Positions 51,917-64,000 of a stretch of DNA of 64,000 nt are shown here, piece by piece; the stretch's first letter is position 1, and each line of letters begins with the position of its first letter. The stretch covers positions 182,900,001 to 182,964,000 of the forward strand of contig OZ024741.1 of NCBI GenBank assembly GCA_964016885.1, written 5' to 3'. Origin of the DNA: Eledone cirrhosa (lineage: Eukaryota). The position numbers and the translations under genes are program-made. A model generated the notes under the pieces. It was not told the origin of the DNA. It was given only the letters and a program-made list of their open reading frames with translations, and made no database searches.

Positions 51917-52325
51917 TATGTATTTTACTAAAACACTTCAAATTCTTGATTATTCTCAAAACTAATTGAGAAATATAGCCACAAAAGGGTTAAATAATGT
52001 ATTTCATTAATATAATTATAATTCCTGATTAATTGCTTTATTTAAAATATGTTCCATATTTAATAGCTTATAAGAACACCCTAACAATTATAAGCCATCA
52101 AATATAGAATTTTAAATTTTCAGTTTGTAATCTAAAACCTCTCTCCATATGAATTTGTAAGTATGGAATGTAGTAAAAAAGAAAAAGTTCCTAAAAGGAA
52201 AAAAGGGACTGAAAGTTCCTAAAATGACATGGTAGAAGTAATGTCAAACATCCATTTTGACACCCTGGAAACAAATGATCAACTACACCTGAGACTCAAA
52301 ATTGACTCATCTATAAATATTAAAA

Positions 52326-52505
52326 TATTGTTTCTACTTTTGACACAAGGCCAGCAATTTCCCAGTACATTACTGGTACTTTATTTTATCGACTCCGTAA
52401 GGATGAAAGGTAAAGTTCACCTCGGCGGGATTTGAACTCAGAATGGAAAGGGCCATAACTCTATGTGTCAAAGCATGGCGTCCGATCCTCTATCGATACT
52501 GCCAA
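52326..52505 (-). mobile_element. Nin/Deu-domain SINE
   Basis: Same family as 8085-8272. Confidence 0.85.
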
Positions 52506-53744
52506 AGTATTAACAACTCAAGAGCTTTAGTAAATATTTTAACCCTTTCTTGTTGTATTTCTTATGTAATACACTTCTGATATGTTTCAATTAATTTTGA
52601 AAATAATAAAGAATTTGGAAAGATTTAATAAAATAACTAAGTCTTTTCATTACCAAGCTGATATTTAGAAGATTACTTGAAAAAATTTTCTAAAATAAAA
52701 TTATGATGGAAGGTTTTGATATAGGGATAAACATCTTAAAATGAGTAGTTTTGTAGTTTGGTGTTAAATGAGTTAGAGCAGTGGCTCTTAAACTTACTTT
52801 ATCATGGAATCATATATGATTTTCCCAAAATCACAAAATGCCTATATTTTACAATCTCCACAACCCTAATTTTAATAAAACATTAAATGAAATAAAATCT
52901 GTTTCAGAGAAACGATTTATTTGAAAATGGTGACTACAATTTTCTTTATTAATGAAATTTTTTATTAAACTTTATTAATTCCCCAATTACTTTGCAGAAC
53001 TTTGGTACTCCTTGGAAATTATTTTGAGAAACAGCTGTTGCAATAAACACCACATTATAGATGACTAAATTTCATCCTGTAATGATTTAGTCCAAAATAT
53101 CTAACAATGTATCTGTTAATTCAAATGTTTACAGAATCATTAGTAGTGGACAGATCATTGTAAAAATTTGCAGTAAAACACTTCAATTTTTAATGCGATA
53201 GTCATAATGCTGCTTTATACTTTTCAAGAATATCTTGCTAATGCGATTTCATGTGGTATAGGCGGTTAAGCGTTAAAGATGAAATCAGTATAACAGTTCA
53301 ACAAAATTTACATACCTTTTATAGTGATGTCAACTTATGATTTTGAGTACATTAGCTGTGAGCAAACCCTCCAACTTACTCATAAAACATGTTTACTTAG
53401 CCTTTTGATACAAACCTGCCCATAACCAACCCTGGTTCTATGAAACAGTCATCAATCTTAATCTTTCAACATAATTTTATAAAGAACCATATGAAAAGTT
53501 TACTCTGAGTAATGAAATACAGTCACGAAAGGGTTATAAGATGAAATTGAGAATAAAATAAATACTATAGTTTTTACATATGCAAACATTAAAGTGACAT
53601 GGCTGATAAATGAATGTGTTGACCTTATAGCCACATTTATACAAGTCCAAGTGGCCTTCAGTAAGACACAAAGTTCATGTTACAGTTTACTAGAACAACA
53701 AAAATTCCACTCAACCACATCGTAATATATCTATAAATATATAA

Positions 53745-54300
53745 AAAGACCAGTCTCTCCACGGAACTGATGTCACCCAAGGGAAAGGGAAAGGTAAATG
53801 CCAATGCAGCTTGGCACCAGTGATATTGCAACTCATTTCTACAGATGAGTGAACTAGAGTAAGGACACAATGCCATCACCTGGTCCAGGAATCAAACTCG
53901 GTTTTACAATTGTGAATCCAACTGTTTAACTGCTATGGCATGCATCTCCACCTAGTGTGTGTGTGTATGTAGCATATGGCTGTGGTTAGAGCATCGAGCT
54001 TACAATCATGAGGTTATGAGTTCAATTCTTGGCTGGGCTCTGTGTTGTGTTCTTAAGCAAAACATTTTATTTCACATTGCTTCAGTTCACTCAGCTGTAG
54101 AAATGAGTTGCAACATCACTGGTGCCAAGCTGTATCAGCCTTTGCCTTTCCCTGGACAACATCGGTGGCATGGAGAGGGGAGACTAGAATGAACAGGCAA
54201 CTGCTGGTCTTCTACAAACCACCTTGCCCAGACTTGTGCCTCAGAGAACTTTCAAGGTGCAAATTCCATGGTCATTCGTAACCAGGGGGGGGGGGGGTCT
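53745..54300. mobile_element. Head-to-head pair of V-domain-like tRNA SINEs
   Basis: The plus copy at about 53975-54300 has TGGCTGTGGTTAGAGC, GAGTTCAATTC, TTCTTAAGCAAAACATT and AATGAGTTGCAACATCACTGGTGCCAAGCTG. The minus copy is at about 53745-53950, and another minus copy lies at about 55850-56105. Confidence 0.75.
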
Positions 54301-55254
54301 TTACCCCATTTTTATATATATAATAATTACATTTCTAGACGTGTCCAAATTCTGAAAAACTGAAACAGTGTATTCTTGTTAAAAATATCACAAAATAGAT
54401 AAATTAATCTATAAATGTTCTTCCCTAGACAGAAAGGTGTACTATGGAGGGAGATTTGGCTACTTTTTCTAGCAGATCAAACAACTACATAGAGACATTC
54501 TTATTGGCTTTGTTATAAAGTTCTGTTAGTCAACAGAATGGTAGAGCACCAAATTAAATGAATTAGTGTGTATTTAGTTTTCTATTTCTACATTCTGGGC
54601 TAAAATCCCCAAAGGGTATACTTTGATTGTGATCCCTCCAGAATCAATAAAATATGCACTAGCAATATGCAGAGGCCATCTTAATAAACTATGCCACAAC
54701 TTTCCCCTGTAAAAAAATGTTCACATTATATCAAAAGAATTCAATTATTCTCAGCCATATAATCAATATTTAACTATAAACATGCCTTCAAAGACTTCAA
54801 GATTGATGTTGTTGTCATTGATTAACCCCAGGTCAGCTCTAATTGAGCAGAACTATGATCAGAGACATTCTAGCCGTGACCATCTCATTTATCACATATT
54901 ACTAGATTACTCCATGTCTACTTTTTATTTTAACATCGTAGTATATAATTTAACGTTTTTGATACCAAATTGCCCAAAATTGGAGTTTGGTTATTTGAAA
55001 CAAAACCACCCATTTAAAGGAACCCTATTTTCCAATATAATTTTATATAAGAATCATTTGTTAATTTATACTAAAAATACTACTTTAATAATGAAAAAAT
55101 TTATAATATAAGTAAATTCCTCAAAATTCTTCATTAATTATATTCCCATATCTTTTTTATGTTCAACATGAATGAACCTTGTTATTTTTAGCTAAAGACA
55201 TTTTTTCCAATTCCACCCCGCCTGTCCCATCAATCTATCTTATTTCTCATTCTT

Positions 55255-55290
55255 TCTTCAGATGAAAGACTAGCGTCTGAAACATTAAGA
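55255..55290 (+). ncRNA. Degenerate minimal hammerhead motif (probable pLTR relic)
   Basis: TCTT-CAGATGA-a-agac-tagc-gtct-GAAA-ca-TT-AAGA. Stems I and II pair, the core has U4A, and the stem III palindrome ACGT has decayed to ACAT. Confidence 0.45.
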
Positions 55291-56371
55291 CCCTCTCTCT
55301 ACTATTTCAAGCGTTAACCTAATATATTCCTTCCATATACTGTACCAATTGTGTTGTTATTTCTGTTTACCTTTCACACACATATATATATATTGTTGGT
55401 ACCATGATAAAACATTTCCATCCTTTTGTAGTAAAGTTGTAGTGCTGGTGCCACAATGAAAATTATCCAGACCACTCTGTAAGGTGGTAGTGCTGGAGTC
55501 CTCATAAAATGCTCCCAGTGCATGCTGCAAAGTGAGTGAATGCAGCTATAGAAACCAAGACAAAAGCAGCGTGCGAGCAGAATGTAGTAATGTGACATGT
55601 CTGGCTTCATTATGTGACAACCCATCTAAACATGGAAAATAGGCATTAAATGGTATATATACCCAACAGATAGCTTTACTAAGGCTGGAGGCACTGGTAA
55701 TTTTGACACTTTTGTTATGAAATACATGAATAAACAGTTATTGTTTGTTTTAAATTGCTAAAATAACTCTTTGACAATGTAATTGTTAAAACATGAGGCC
55801 TTCTTGACAATGGGTTTGTACATGACATGAGCCTGACTAAGGTATTTTTGTGGAAGACCAACAGTCACTCATGCATGCCTGTATCCTCTTCTTTCTACAC
55901 CACCAATGTTGTCCAAGAGAATTGCAAAGGCTGATACAGCTTGGTACTAGCGATGTTGCAACTCATTTACTCTAGCTGAGAAGACGGGAGCAAAATGAAA
56001 TGTGTTTTGCTCAAGGATATAATGTATTGCCTAATCCAGTAATCGAACTCACAACCTTACAAACGAACTAACTCTAACCCTAACCACTAAGCCATGCACC
56101 TTCACTGTTATACTAATGGTTCAAATATTATTACATTAAAACATTTCAAAAATTCATATAGTCTTTGCACTAAATCTTAAATATAATTTTTTGAATACAT
56201 ATTTGTGTAGGGACAGAAATACATATTTTTTACTAGTGATGGTTCACTCTGCTGTTACTCCGACCAAGTAAGCTCACTTGTATGAAATTCTTCTCTTTGT
56301 CAACTGAACAAAAGCAAAGGTGGAGTTAGTAACAGTGAATCATTGGCTTTGAACGAACACATACATACGTG

Positions 56372-57285
56372 TGAGAGAGAGAGAGGGAGAGAGATAGGGA
56401 GAGAGGGAGAGAGATAGGGAGAGAGGGAGAGAGAGGAAGAGAGGGAGAGAAGGAGAGAGGAAGAGAGGGCGAGAAGGAGAGGGAGAGAAGGAGAGAGAGA
56501 GAGGGAGAGAAGGAGAGAGAGAGGGAGAGAAGGAGAGAGAGAGAGGGAGAGAAGGAGAGAGAGAGAGGGAGAGAAGGAGAGAGAGAGAGGGAGAGAAGGA
56601 GAGAGAGGGAGGAAGAGAGAGGGGAAGAGAGGGAGAGAGAGGGGAAGAGAGGGAGAGAGAGGGGAAGAGAGGGAGAGAGGGAGAGAGAGGGGAAGAGAGG
56701 GAGAGAGAAAGAGAGAGAGGGGAAGAGGGGAAGAGAGAAAGAGAGAAAGAGAGAAAGAGAGATAGGGGAAGAGAGGAAGAGAGAAAGAGAGAGAGGGGAA
56801 GAGAGAAAGAGAGAGAGGGGAAGAGAGAAAGAGAGAGAGAGATGGGGAGAGAGAGAGAGAGATGGGGAGAGGGAGGGAAAGAGAGAGAGAGATGGGGGGG
56901 AGAGAGACGGGGAGAGAGATGGGGGGTGGGAGAGAGAGATGGGGAGAGAGAGATGGGGAGAGAGAGATGGAGAGAGAGATGGAGAGAGAGATGGAGAGAG
57001 AGATGGAGAGAGAGATGGGGAGAGAGATGGGGAGAGAGATGGGGAGAGAGATGGAGAGAGAGAGATGGAGAGAGAGAGATGGGGAGAGAGAGATGGGGGG
57101 GGAGAGAGATGGGGGGAGAGAGAGATGGGGGGAGAGAGAGAGATGGGGGGAGAGAGAGAGAGAGAGATGGGGAGAGAGAGAGAGAGATGGGGAGATGGGG
57201 AGAGAGAGAGAGAGATGGGGAGAGAGAGAGAGAGAGAGGGAGATGGGGAGAGAGAGAGAGAGATGGGGAGAGAGAGAGAGAGAGA

Positions 57286-57362
<77 letters not shown>

Positions 57363-57405
57363 GGAGAGAGAGAGAGAGAGAGAGATGGGGAGAGAGAGGG
57401 AGAGC
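56372..57405. repeat. ~1-kb purine-rich GA / GAGAGATGGG compound repeat
   Basis: Directly visible. It is the source of several low-complexity ORFs. Confidence 0.95.
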
Positions 57406-58145
57406 AGAAAGATACACACTATTGCTGCCCTGTTAACTCAACATCCTGTATTGATTTTCGCAAAATATCTTAAAATATCTTCTTTTTTTTTTCTTACATT
57501 CAAATGTTTCCAGTATTTTTTACTGGTAGACAAATTTTAGACTTAATGCGATGCAATCAGAGTGCTGTTTGTACTTTTCAGAGACGTCTTGCAATTTCAT
57601 GCTGTACATGAAGTTAAGATTTAAGTAAAGGGGGACTAATTCAGCTCAAAATAGCTCAAATGAAAGAGTGTTTGATAAATTTTAAAATTTTCTGGTTTAA
57701 ACAGTTTGTTTTTTTCACATTGAAATATATTATTGGTAATTATAGATAACTGATAATATGAATGAGTTCGAAACTTATTGCAACAAACTGTGTTGTTCTA
57801 TGCCCCTGAGCTTACTAAATAATACTTCTTCCGTTTATACCTGACTGATAAAGTAAAGCTCTCTTACTTTACAATTGAATAGTGAGAAGTGCAACTTTTG
57901 TTTTTTACTAATTAATCAGAAGAGGCCACTGATATTTTCCGGGGCCTCTGCAACTGATGGGGAAAAGATATCCCCAAACCAAACGTCTGGCAACATAGTG
58001 GACTCCATTAAAGGTTAACCAGGCAATGTATTAAGTCTACTATCACTCAAGTAAACCTCAGCAGGGCTTGAACTCAAAACGTAAAGAGTCAGAGCAAATA
58101 TCATGCTCTAACAAAGCTGCCAATACACCTCCTTTGACTGGTATT

Positions 58146-58317
58146 TTAACCCTTTAGCATTCACATTACTCTATATATACTATTATATTTTCATGGTAAA
58201 GGCTTTATCTCATATAATATCGAACAATACCTTAACATCAGTTTGAGCGACCAGTTACAGCCAGTTTCAACAGAAAGAGGTAGAGAATTCTGGCCGGTTT
58301 GAACATTAAAGGGTTAA
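58146..58317. mobile_element. TTAA MITE family 1
   Basis: TTAACCCTTTAGCATT ... TAAAGGGTTAA. Confidence 0.8.
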
Positions 58318-59819
58318 TTTATCAACTATGAAAGAACGAAAGGTAAAATTGATCTTGGGGAGACACAAACTCAGAGAGCAGAACAAATACCAAAAGGCAT
58401 TTGTCTTACACTCTGAGCCTGCTAATTCACAGGCAAAATGTTTAATTTTCAAAAATCTCTCCTCTCATGCTAGAATAGAAAAATACCTTAACAGATTTAA
58501 AACTGTGTTTTAAATATTTATATTAAAATCTAATATAATTTATGTCAGAAATTTTTGTTGTTCCAAATACCAAATTGATAAAAATCCTACAAATTTTTTA
58601 AACACTTTGGCATAAAAATATGGTAAAAAAAAAGGGGGGGGGGTTTAAATTATTTGTGAATACATGTTTAGAAATAAACTTTTTTTTTTAAGACGGGGGG
58701 GGGGGGGGGCATTGTATTATGATATATGTTAGCATGAATTTGAACTAAAATCAAACATTATTTTTGGTGATACAAACCTCATGCATTAAATTTCATTTAC
58801 TCAGTGAAAACAATTTGAAATCATGCCAATATGTTCACTAGTTTATCAAAAAGAATCTACATGTGTGTGTGTGTTGGTTATTTCTAACACCACCTTCTTA
58901 CAAAAATAGCCAAGAAACTCCTACAGATTACCAAACATAAGATAAAATATAGAGATTAGAAATTTTCCTCTTACATCAATCATTTTACCATGTTTCTACT
59001 GAAAGCTAAACTTGGTATCTCCCTCAAAATGACACTCCACTGTCTTAAAGGTACATATTGTAGGGATAGAAAACAACAATAACTAACTTCGAGAGCTGAG
59101 TTCCAAGCATATACAAAGATTTCTTTCATAACACCAAAACTGAAAGGAAATTGGTTTGAAAAGATTAAGATCCATTTCAAATCTCAATTTAAATGTTTGA
59201 ACTATCTTTACTAGTGGACAGATTGCTGTGAAATTTTTCAGTAAATTAAAGATATTTTAACATGATGCAGTTATAGCACTGTTTTATACTTCTCAAAAAT
59301 ACCTTGCTAATGTACTTCCATGTAATACAAGAAGTTATCTACATATAAATTTGGGCGACTTCTGTCCATCTGTCCATCGCACAATATGTGTGTGTGTGTG
59401 TGAAAAGAAGGAAGGGGATGGTGAAAAAACTATAGCAAAACAGCAGCTGGCGTTGCATGTGCTACGCTGTGTGAGAGTGTTTATGTGCGTGTTTGTGTAA
59501 ATGTAATTTTTGTAAGTGTTTGTGCGTTTATATTTATATACACATACATAAATGTATGCATATACACATGCGTCAGCATGTTGAAAAAAATCCTAGTAGT
59601 TAAAAAGGAGCTTCATCTAATCCATGCTGGTAAGGAAAAACACATAAAGATGATAATGATGAATTTGTTCCTAATACCTCAACTGATCTCATAAAAAGGA
59701 ATTACAGAATCAATAAAATATTTTAACAGATTTTATTAAATATTAACATAGGAATAACTCTTTATAAAACTAGTTCTGCTCAAAAGATATTTTTAAAGTC
59801 AGCCAGGTTTTATTCAATA

Positions 59820-60749
59820 TTAGCAATGGTACCCGGCCCGGCGTTGCACGGGATAAGGTATTTTGGAACGCGGGCCGCCAACAGACCTAATCGTGGAAAA
59901 ACTACATGCCTGGACAATATGTAAAGAAAATAAACTGAATACTCTGATGGCTGGATAAGATTTTCCTTGATGAAGCAGGAAAAATGCAGGTTTTCACCTA
60001 ATGTGGGCCCTAGGGGGATCAAGAAAATGAATTTTTTTTATGTGCATAATATGCCTTGAAATTTCGGGAAAATCAGCTAGACGTAACGCCTCAAAGCCTT
60101 AATAAGCTGAAAAAATGAAGTTTTTCACCTAATGCGGGCCCTAGGCCATAAAAAAGTTGGATTTTCTTTGCTCACAGTATGAAGAAGAGACTGACTAATA
60201 CATAGTTACAATTTCAAGGAAATCGGTTTGACATAACGCCTCAAAAAACCACTAAAAAGATGAAAAAACGCAGTTTTTCACCTAATGCGGGGCCCTAGGG
60301 GATCAAAAAGTTGGATTTTTTATGTGCATAACACTTCCTGAAACATAAGTAATACACATGTAAAGTTTGGAAAAAATCGGTTGGATACTTCTCGAGTTTT
60401 AGGGATTCAAACTCATACACACACACACACGCACGCACGCACACACACACAGACAGACATCCTCAGGGAAGTGACGTAGTGCAGACAGCCAGATATTATA
60501 AGGGCACGACGTTATATGTATGTATCTATCTAAAAAGAGAAAGACTAAGAATTATAGAGAGAGATCGCTAAATCGCCTAATACAGTCCCTAGGGCCATGA
60601 AAATTTGAAATTTTTTGCTCAGAACACTCCCTGAAACATAAGAAATACATGTGTAAAGTTTGAAAACAGTCGGTTTGGTGCTTGTCGAGTTTTAGGGATT
60701 CAAACTCACACACACACAGACAGACGTCCTCAGTTTTATATATAATAGA
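59820..60749 (-). mobile_element. Non-autonomous Helitron, longer member of the 20521-20973 family
   Basis: Minus strand A^TCTATTATATATAAAACTGAGGACGTCTG ... CCGTGCAACGCCGGGCCGGGTACCATTGCTAA^T. Internal repeats of TTTTCACCTAATG(C/T)GGGCCCTAGG lie at about 59991, 60122 and 60274. Confidence 0.88.
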
Positions 60750-62684
60750 TTATATAACTGAACTAGCAAGTTATACACCACAATCACCTTGTCAAATAAA
60801 CCTCTTTCTCTTTTATGTCAACTTCACTCTAACAAATTCTCTTTGCAAAAACTACAAACTTGCCTCAGTCTATCTTATTGTTTGGAATATATACCAGATT
60901 TTATGGGTTACCAGAAAAATAGGCTATATGATACTTGTTGAGCCTTAATAAATCAGACCTATAGTCAAAAGCATTATAGCTTTGACTATCCTATCTCCTT
61001 AGCCCCATCCCTCCTTCCATTTCTAGGATAGTAGGATGTGAAATGGAGATTTGACTTGTATTCAAGAGGCAACCACAATAACAGTATAACTCAAGCCCTT
61101 GGGGTTGATTCAATATTTCTATAAAACATACTAGATGTGAATGGAATTATATTAGATCTCTTTCCCTTCCAAATTGTAAAAAAAAGATTTTACCCTTTTT
61201 ATAGCAAACTTCCTAAAACTGCTTCTAATACTATATTTAAAATGTTTATATTTTCCTAAGAAACCTTTTTAAGATAAATTCCAAACACCAGTTTAATAAT
61301 GAGAAACTTAATTATATTGCTAAATCCTTCCAAATTCTGGATTATTTCCAAAATGATCTGAAAATAAAAGATATTTGAAATATAATGATGAAAGGGTAAT
61401 AACTATGATATTGAAGGAACATTTTTAAAAGGCATTTTTCCATTATAACTTTTTAACACCAAATATATTGAAGAAGCTGACATCAAATGATTTGAGATGT
61501 CATGGTGAGGCATTGAAAAAAAGATTAATGTTATATTTCCATAAAATACTAAAAATCTAGGATATTGAAAGACAGACATGGAACAATAAAGAAGAATGAA
61601 TGACTTGAAGGGGAATTTTTTTGTGTAACTCTATGTGCATATTTAACATGATATATGAAATATTCTTTTTTATTTAAAACTCGATCTAATGATGGGTGGT
61701 TAGCTGAAAAACTTCATAACTAAATCCTTACTTATTTACAGTGAAATATCTTTCAAAAGTAGAAAAATGAAATAAATGAATCTCTCATATATGTATATGT
61801 GTGTGTGTAATAAGACTTGGTGTTATTGCATCTCCGTTTGTCTTGTTGTTCTTGAACTATATATATATTGATTAGTTCTTCCGTTGTTTTGGTATTGTAT
61901 GGTTGGGTTTTACCTACCGCAATTCTCAATTTGTCAAGCTATTTAAACGTAATGTTATTATTCTAAGGACCTACCCTTATTGAGTACTTTGCTACTCATT
62001 TCTTATTGTAGGTCGACTTTGCTTGGCCACAGCCAAAGCTTCAATTTTACTAAGCTTCCACTTGTATGTGTATGTATATATATATATATATATATATATA
62101 CCCTGCAATAAGCATTGAGTGCTCATTCAGTTGATGCTTTGACTGTTTCTGTTATAAAAAACAGCTCAATCAACTGGAACAGCTATATAGTAGTTGATAG
62201 CTTCCACCATAGTTAATATATAGATGTGTTTTTTAATTCTTATATAAAGGACCAATTAAATATTTTCCAAGTAACGTTTCAACATCTTTGTAATTATAAG
62301 TTTTTGTAATACTTAATGTTCCTTTTGCATTGCTGTAACCTTCTAAATGTTTTTTCCTACACATTCCACGATGCTTCTAACAAACTACAACACCCTTCTC
62401 TCCCCCACTCTCACTCTCTCACTATATATATATATATTAATATATATTATATATATATATATATATGGACACACACATATAGCAACATATATCAAAGAAA
62501 TAGCAAATCTCAATACATATTAAATATCTGCAGGAGGGGGGGGGGGGGGGGTAAAGTATTTCTTGTGTTGATGCAGATATCAGTATATGTGAACAAGAAT
62601 TTTAAAACATACCACCATCACAAGCCATGTTGAATAGGTCAAATGCATTGATTGATAAATCAAACAAGAAAACAAAATGAATAA

Positions 62685-62900
62685 AACATCTTCAAAATCC
62701 TACTGCTGACATTCAAAGCCGGACTTGCTGTTCAATAGTGAACTGCTATGAGAAAAAGAGTCCCCAGTTTGTTTGACATCAAGTGGCAATGGACTCACTG
62801 TACAAAGGACTAGAATGAAGAACTGTAGTGATCATGGCTTCTGTATATCAGAGCCAGCTCTCTAAAGTGAGCTTCTGTTTGTACAAAGTACAGCCTCTGA
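62685..62900 (+). mobile_element. Possible decayed L2/CR1 LINE 3' end
   Basis: IFKILLLTFKA and KNCSDHGFCISEPAL* resemble the L2 C-terminal motifs IxFKILLLxYKA and GDRAFSVAGPxLWN. Confidence 0.4.
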
Positions 62901-64000
62901 GTTGGCTTTCAGATCAATTCTGAAAGCTTATCTTTTCAGGATATACTAGCAATGACTTTCCTTCAAAGTATGAATGAATGATTAGGGCACTTATGAACAT
63001 TATTTTGTTTTTGAAGAGGAGGATGGGGAAGAACTATTTTTTTTTTTTTTTTTTTTTTTTACTCTTTTGATAACAAATTACCAGAGAGCAGCTGTTTTCT
63101 TTTCTTTAAAGTATTTCAATTTATTAAATCCATTCTTTTATCTTAAGAAGCTTTGTTAATTTGTGTTCCAAACATCAACTTAATAATAAGAAGGTTAGTA
63201 ATGTTACTTATTCCTTCAAAATTCTTGATTATTTCCATTAGAAATATGGTAACAAAAGGGTCAAAGAGAATTCCTCGGTACAGATTACATGATTGATCTG
63301 AATGCAAATGCGATCAATCTATTTGGATAGTTTCCAGAGTATACTTTCAAGTTTTTATACTTTGTGTGTGTGTGTGTATAGAGAGAGAAAGAGCTTTATT
63401 CATACTCTTACAACACGACCACATTGTTTCAGCAGTGTGATCACTTAGCATCATAACCAGAGAAGCAACACTATTCTTAACATTGCGTTCCTCTATAATT
63501 ATATGCTACTGCAAAAACAAAAACTTAACACATATGTGTATGTGTGTATTATATACAATATATATGTTTGTGTGTGTTATAGGTTAACTGAGGTCGGTCA
63601 ATGAGACAAATGTAAATGAGGGAACATTGAAAAAAAAAAAATGTCAAATGGGAATGAAATGTATAAAAGCTCGTAGCATGGAAATAGAAATATAAAATCA
63701 CGATAATGATGATGAACCAGCGATTGAAACTAATAGCGACCTAAAGACAAAATAAGAAATAATTACAAAAAATAATCTCATTGAAGCACTTCCTTTTATT
63801 TGGCCCAAATCTGTATAAAAGAATATACACAACTACACTGGGTCAAACAAAAAAAACGTTTAGGTCAGAAAATTCCTATTTAAAATGAAAGCTTTGTAAA
63901 TTGTAGCTTTTAAAGTTGCATCTAACAAAATATATGGTAAATTTATACAAATTAAACACATCATGTGTTCAAGGTGAAATTTTTTTCTAATGGTGAAAAT

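Noticed and set aside
56326-57540. Long ORFs (363, 359, 232, 203, 165 aa)
   Set aside because: They are translations of the GA-rich repeat (LS/ER low complexity), not genes.
59990-60600. Regularly recurring ~24-bp motif as a CRISPR-like array
   Set aside because: The intervening sequences are long and homologous to each other, the array lies inside Helitron termini, and the context is eukaryotic with no cas genes.
62005-62052. Minus-strand TTGAAGC-hairpin-CAAA-GTCGAC as a hammerhead
   Set aside because: There are too many deviations at invariant positions (3/8 pair, A9, G12, U16.1) and no stem I.

Overview
AT-rich, microsatellite-rich animal DNA. The SINE, RTE and Penelope repertoire suggests a coleoid cephalopod such as Octopus (inference). 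No host protein-coding gene can be called with confidence, so the window is intronic or intergenic and packed with mobile DNA. It holds the intact 3' half of an RTE-type LINE with a C4HC3 PHD-type finger inserted after the RT core, and partner SINEs that share its tail. It also holds many tRNA-derived Nin/Deu-domain and V-domain SINEs, non-autonomous Helitrons, TTAA and TA MITEs, and decayed mariner, Tc1, CRE-like and other transposon fragments. A 5-kb decayed Penelope-like element sits in (TA)n and has an inverted pseudo-LTR and three hammerhead ribozyme copies. The most striking feature is at 29.35-31.2 kb. Four different hammerhead-motif elements are stacked between (TA)n tracts, and three of them are long fold-back palindromes with 127-152 bp arms. 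One carries a compact hammerhead with a compensatory U3:A8 core, and others have very long stem II inserts. All coordinates and pairings were read by eye, and boundaries of decayed elements are approximate.
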